Positions 60,210-64,000 of a stretch of 64,000 nt of DNA are shown here, in pieces (within the stretch, counting starts at the first letter, position 1; every line of letters starts with the position of its first letter). The notes below the pieces were generated by a model. The model was not told where the DNA came from, did no database searches, and saw only the letters and a program-made list of their open reading frames with translations. The translations under genes and the position numbers were made by a program. The stretch comes from an uncultured Butyrivibrio sp. (lineage in GTDB: Bacteria; Bacillota; Clostridia; Lachnospirales; Lachnospiraceae): positions 42,163 through 106,162 of the forward strand of contig CAYTWF010000001.1 of the NCBI GenBank assembly GCA_964441705.1, read 5' to 3'.

Positions 60210-60812
60210 TTACAGTTCGTTGTATCTTTCGGCGATCATATCAACGATTCTGTTAATATCTGTAGTGGATGTGTCGAAAAACATATCATAGCTTTCAGGG
60301 ACTCCCCAGGTCCTGTCGGTATGAGCTTCGTAATATTTGCGTCTGTCCTTGTCCTTCTTGCGTGTGATTAGGACGACCTCTTTCTGGTCCATATCTTCAA
60401 GTAGAGCAGTGCGCATTACTCTTTCATCAAATGGAGCTGATATAAACACACTAAGTACCTTGAAATCGTTGGAGCGGAGTACCTGGTCAGCACAGCGCCC
60501 TACAAAAATAGCTGATTCCTTCTGAGCAATATCAAGAATCGTCTCTGACTGCAGGGTAAAAAGGGTATCAACCATTGGAACACCCTTGGCAACCTCTGCA
60601 TTGCCATAATAATTCATGGTGTTGAACAGAGGATTGGCCTTCTTCTCATCAAATGGTTCAAGGTGCTGTGGGTTAATATCCCCCTTCTGTGCGGCAAGAG
60701 ATATAAGCTCTTTGTCAAAATAGCTGAGCTTCAGCCTGTTGGATAGCAGCTCACCAACCTTGTGACCACCGCTTCCATACTCACGTCCAATTGCAATGAA
60801 TTTATTATCCAT
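60210..60812 (-). CDS. Cytidylate kinase-like family protein
   Basis: 'IAIGREYGSGG', 'IFVGRCAD', 'VFISAP...R', 'DKDRRKYY...W...YD'. Confidence 0.88.
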   Translation of the reverse strand: MDNKFIAIGREYGSGGHKVGELLSNRLKLSYFDKELISLAAQKGDINPQHLEPFDEKKANPLFNTMNYYGNAEVAKGVPMVDTLFTLQSETILDIAQKESAIFVGRCADQVLRSNDFKVLSVFISAPFDERVMRTALLEDMDQKEVVLITRKKDKDRRKYYEAHTDRTWGVPESYDMFFDTSTTDINRIVDMIAERYNEL

Positions 60813-60829
60813 ATATACTACCTCCTCAA

Positions 60830-61348
60830 TTATAGATGCTGGTCTATATAATGTCCCTTTCGTTCAAAAACAGGCTGTAATAAGTCTTCTGTATACTGGT
60901 TGTCAGGAGTGGCAGCACTGTCGGCGTCATCCTCAAGCTGTGCCTGAATATCTGCACTGATATCTTCAGGAGCATCATACTCCTGCAGCTTTTCTGCCTG
61001 CTGGATATCCGCAGTCATTGAGGTAAGCTTTTCCAGACGGAGAAGCTGCTCTGCTTCATCAGAATCCATAGTGCTGTTAAGCTGTTCTCGTCGGTCATGG
61101 TAGTAATCAGCCTTCTTATGGGACCTGTCTTTGCGGCTGATATCCTCAATCTTCTTACATATATCATTCATCTGATTCATAAGGGTGTCCTGCTGCTTAA
61201 GACGAAAATCTGCTGATAAGCTTTTGTCCTTGGAAAGTCGGTTATTCTTATTGTTAAGTGCGTCATATCTGGAATATAGGTTATGGGCATTAATACCTGA
61301 ACCGATATTTTGCAACGACATGGATGCATGAATTGTAATTCTGCTCAT
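60830..61348 (-). CDS. Hypothetical coiled-coil protein (possibly FlxA/YjfB-like)
   Basis: 172 aa, charged/helical, ends 'RKGHYIDQHL'; RBS GGGGAG. Confidence 0.6.
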   Translation of the reverse strand: MSRITIHASMSLQNIGSGINAHNLYSRYDALNNKNNRLSKDKSLSADFRLKQQDTLMNQMNDICKKIEDISRKDRSHKKADYYHDRREQLNSTMDSDEAEQLLRLEKLTSMTADIQQAEKLQEYDAPEDISADIQAQLEDDADSAATPDNQYTEDLLQPVFERKGHYIDQHL

Positions 61349-61473
61349 ATAATCATCTCCCCATAGTATGATACATGATATATCGACAAAAACACGTAAA
61401 TTATGTATACTTATTATAGCACAACTAAGGAATAAAACAAAATAAAAAAGTGCTTACAGGTAGGAGAAAAGCA

Positions 61474-62019
61474 ATGGAATATCTTGATGTAGTTAATAAC
61501 AGCGGGGAGCCAACCGGAGAAATTGTTGAGCGCTCCAGAGCTCATGAAGAGGGCATCCCACACCGCACCTCCCATGTGTGGATTTTCAGAAGAAAGAATG
61601 GAGTGCTGCAGGTTCTTTTGCAAAAACGAAGTGACGATAAGGATTCCCACCCTGGATGTTATGATATTTCCAGTGCAGGACATATACCTGCCGGTTCGGA
61701 TTATGTAGAGTCAGCAGTAAGGGAGCTTAAGGAGGAGCTGGGGATAGATGCTGAAGGGGCTGAATTTTTATATTGTGGTCAGCGTCATTTCTCTTCATCC
61801 AATGTTTTTTATGGAAAAAAATTCCTCGATAATCAATACAGCAATGTTTACATTATATGGAGAGATATGGAACCCAAGGAGTTTTACCTGCAAAAGGAAG
61901 AGTTTTCTGCTGTAAAATGGTTTGACTTTGATGATTGTTATGATAAAATAAGTCGCGGTTCAATTCCTAACTGTATTGCAATGGAAGAATTGGATATGCT
62001 GAAAAGAAAAATATATTAG
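61474..62019 (+). CDS. NUDIX hydrolase (IDI-like)
   Basis: 'AHEEGIPHRTSHVWI', 'LLQKRS', Nudix box 'AGHIPAGSDYVESAVRELKEELGI'; RBS AGGAG. Confidence 0.9.
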   Translation: MEYLDVVNNSGEPTGEIVERSRAHEEGIPHRTSHVWIFRRKNGVLQVLLQKRSDDKDSHPGCYDISSAGHIPAGSDYVESAVRELKEELGIDAEGAEFLYCGQRHFSSSNVFYGKKFLDNQYSNVYIIWRDMEPKEFYLQKEEFSAVKWFDFDDCYDKISRGSIPNCIAMEELDMLKRKIY

Positions 62020-62032
62020 AAATGGATAAGCT

Positions 62033-63388
62033 ATGGAAAGAGAAAAATTTGGAAGCCGACTGGGCTTTATATTAATTAGTGCAGGCTGTGCAATTGGAAT
62101 TGGTAATGTGTGGAGATTTCCCTATGTTGCAGGATATTATGGTGGGGGCGTTTTTGTGCTTTTTTACCTTATTTTCCTTGCAATTGTTGGAATACCTATA
62201 CTGACAATGGAACTCTCAATGGGCAGAGCCGGCAAATCAAGCATTATGCGCTCCTACAAGCAGTTGGAGAAGCCTGGACATAAATGGCACATTCATGGAT
62301 ATTTTGGAATGATTGGCAATTACATGCTGTTATTCTATTATACAACAGTTGCCGGCTGGATGATTGGATATTGTATAAAATATATAACAGGACAGATGAA
62401 CGGTGTTACGGATAGTAAGGCTCTTTTTGACCAGATTCAGTCACAGCCTTCAACCATGGTGATATGGATGCTTATTATTGTAATTATTGCCGCAGTTGTA
62501 TGTAGTCTTGGTCTTCAAAATGGTGTGGAAAAGGTGACCAAGTGGATGATGCTGGCACTTTTGGCGCTTATTGTAATACTCGGAATTCACAGCCTGACTC
62601 TTGATGGTGCAGCAAATGGGCTGAGATATTATCTTGTGCCTGATTTTAACAGGGTAAAAGAAGTTGGACTTTGGAATACAATTATTGCGGCTATGAATCA
62701 AAGCTTTTTTACACTGAGTCTGGGAATGGGCTCAATGATGATATTTGGAAGCTATATTGGAAAGGATAGAAGCATGTTAAGTGAGAGCGTTCAGATAACA
62801 TTGCTTGATACCTTTGTTGCAATTATGTCAGGTCTCATTATTTTTCCTGCATGCTTTTCCTTTAATGTTGCAACTGACAGCGGACCAAGTCTTATTTTTG
62901 TAACGCTTCCAAAGGTATTTGAAAATATGGCAGGCGGACGTATATGGGGAAGTCTGTTCTTTATATTTATGACCTTTGCGGCGCTTTCAACAGTTATTGC
63001 TGTGCTTGAAAACATTCTTGCCTGCAATATGGAATGGCTGAAATGCTCCCGTACTAAAGCAAGCATTGTTAACTTCCTCATTATTGCGGTATGCAGTGTT
63101 CCGTGTGCACTGGGCTTTAATCTTCTAAGCAAAATTACACCTTTCGGTGCGGGTTCAACAATTCTTGACCTGGAGGATTTTATTGTCAGTACAATCCTGC
63201 TTCCTTTTGGAAGCCTCGTGATTCTGCTCTTCTGCGTATCCAAAAAGGGCTGGGGATTTGACAATTATCTTTTAGAGGCAAACACCGGCAAAGGAATAAG
63301 AGTACCTAAGGGACTGCGTTTTTATCTTACCTGGGTACTTCCGTTTATTGTTCTTTTTATTGCTTTATACGGTGTAATTAACCATTAA
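62033..63388 (+). CDS. Sodium-dependent transporter (NSS/SNF family)
   Basis: 'REKFGSRLGFILISAGCAIGIGNVWRFPY', 'QSFFTLSLG', 'GPSLIFVTLP'. Confidence 0.95.
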   Translation: MEREKFGSRLGFILISAGCAIGIGNVWRFPYVAGYYGGGVFVLFYLIFLAIVGIPILTMELSMGRAGKSSIMRSYKQLEKPGHKWHIHGYFGMIGNYMLLFYYTTVAGWMIGYCIKYITGQMNGVTDSKALFDQIQSQPSTMVIWMLIIVIIAAVVCSLGLQNGVEKVTKWMMLALLALIVILGIHSLTLDGAANGLRYYLVPDFNRVKEVGLWNTIIAAMNQSFFTLSLGMGSMMIFGSYIGKDRSMLSESVQITLLDTFVAIMSGLIIFPACFSFNVATDSGPSLIFVTLPKVFENMAGGRIWGSLFFIFMTFAALSTVIAVLENILACNMEWLKCSRTKASIVNFLIIAVCSVPCALGFNLLSKITPFGAGSTILDLEDFIVSTILLPFGSLVILLFCVSKKGWGFDNYLLEANTGKGIRVPKGLRFYLTWVLPFIVLFIALYGVINH

Positions 63389-63480
63389 GTTTATAATTTT
63401 TTAATTAGTATATACTCCTCAATGATGCTATAATATCCAATGAAGGGTTAAAAAAATAACAGGTAAAGGAGACATAAATA

Positions 63481-64000
63481 ATGGCAAACAGATTTATTTT
63501 GAACGAAACATCTTATCACGGAGCGGGTGCAATTAACAGCATCGCAGATGAAGCAAAGGGAAGAGGCCTTAAGAAAGCATTAGTATGTTCAGATCCTGAT
63601 TTGGTTAAGTTCGGCGTAACCGCTAAGGTTCTAAATGTACTGGACGGAGCAGGACTTGCTTATGAGCTGTATTCCAATATTAAGCCTAATCCAACAATTG
63701 AGAATGTGCAGTCAGGAGTTGAGGCTTTTAAGGCAGCAGGAGCAGATTATATCATTGCAATTGGCGGTGGTTCTTCCATGGACACAGCCAAAGGAATTGG
63801 AATAATCATTAATAATCCTGACTTTGCTGACGTAGTAAGCCTTGAGGGCGTTGCACCAACTACCTGCAAAGCAGTAACTACATTTGCAGTGCCTACAACA
63901 GCAGGTACAGCTGCAGAGGTAACAATTAACTACGTAATTACAGATGATAAAAAACATCGTAAGATGGTATGTGTAGACCCTAAGGATATTCCAGTGGTAG
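63481..64000 (+). CDS. fucO: Lactaldehyde reductase / iron-containing alcohol dehydrogenase (runs off the window; absent from the ORF track)
   Basis: My translation MANRFILNETSYHGAGAI...IKPNPTIENV...IIAIGGGSSMDTAKGI...VPTTAGTAAEVTINYVITD; RBS AAAGGAG. Confidence 0.88.
   Translation, partial: MANRFILNETSYHGAGAINSIADEAKGRGLKKALVCSDPDLVKFGVTAKVLNVLDGAGLAYELYSNIKPNPTIENVQSGVEAFKAAGADYIIAIGGGSSMDTAKGIGIIINNPDFADVVSLEGVAPTTCKAVTTFAVPTTAGTAAEVTINYVITDDKKHRKMVCVDPKDIPVV

Overview
Chromosomal window from a low-GC, spore-forming Clostridia-type Firmicute (Lachnospiraceae-like, inferred from spoVAD/spoVAE, YesM/YesN-type regulators, class A PBP and sigmaA promoters). The first 36 kb is mostly housekeeping: Na+/solute symporter, acyl-CoA ligase, lipid enzymes, OmpR two-component pair, spoVAD-spoVAE, ilvE, PBP1A, beta-CASP nuclease and gltBD. 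It also holds a few accessory genes: an AAA/PD-(D/E)XK protein, a Phd-RelE/ParE toxin-antitoxin pair, and a 1549-aa surface metallohydrolase next to a YibE/F gene. 38.6-58.2 kb is a complete beta-1,3-glucan utilisation locus: MCP, GH55, GH94 laminaribiose phosphorylase, GH161 glucan phosphorylase, GH30, ABC transporter, and a second binding protein with a YesM/YesN pair. The most unusual element is a non-coding ~790-bp array between tRNA-Gly(GCC) and a small XRE-type HTH gene. It has 15 units of 51-52 bp, each with a 9-bp motif (TGAGACCCA) and its reverse complement (TGGGTCTCA) separated by nearly fixed-length 16-nt and 17/18-nt spacers, two unit types in a higher-order pattern, and a hairpin on each side. 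It is not a CRISPR array and no cas, transposase or Nop-domain gene is in the window. All protein calls come from motif recognition by eye, not database searches.
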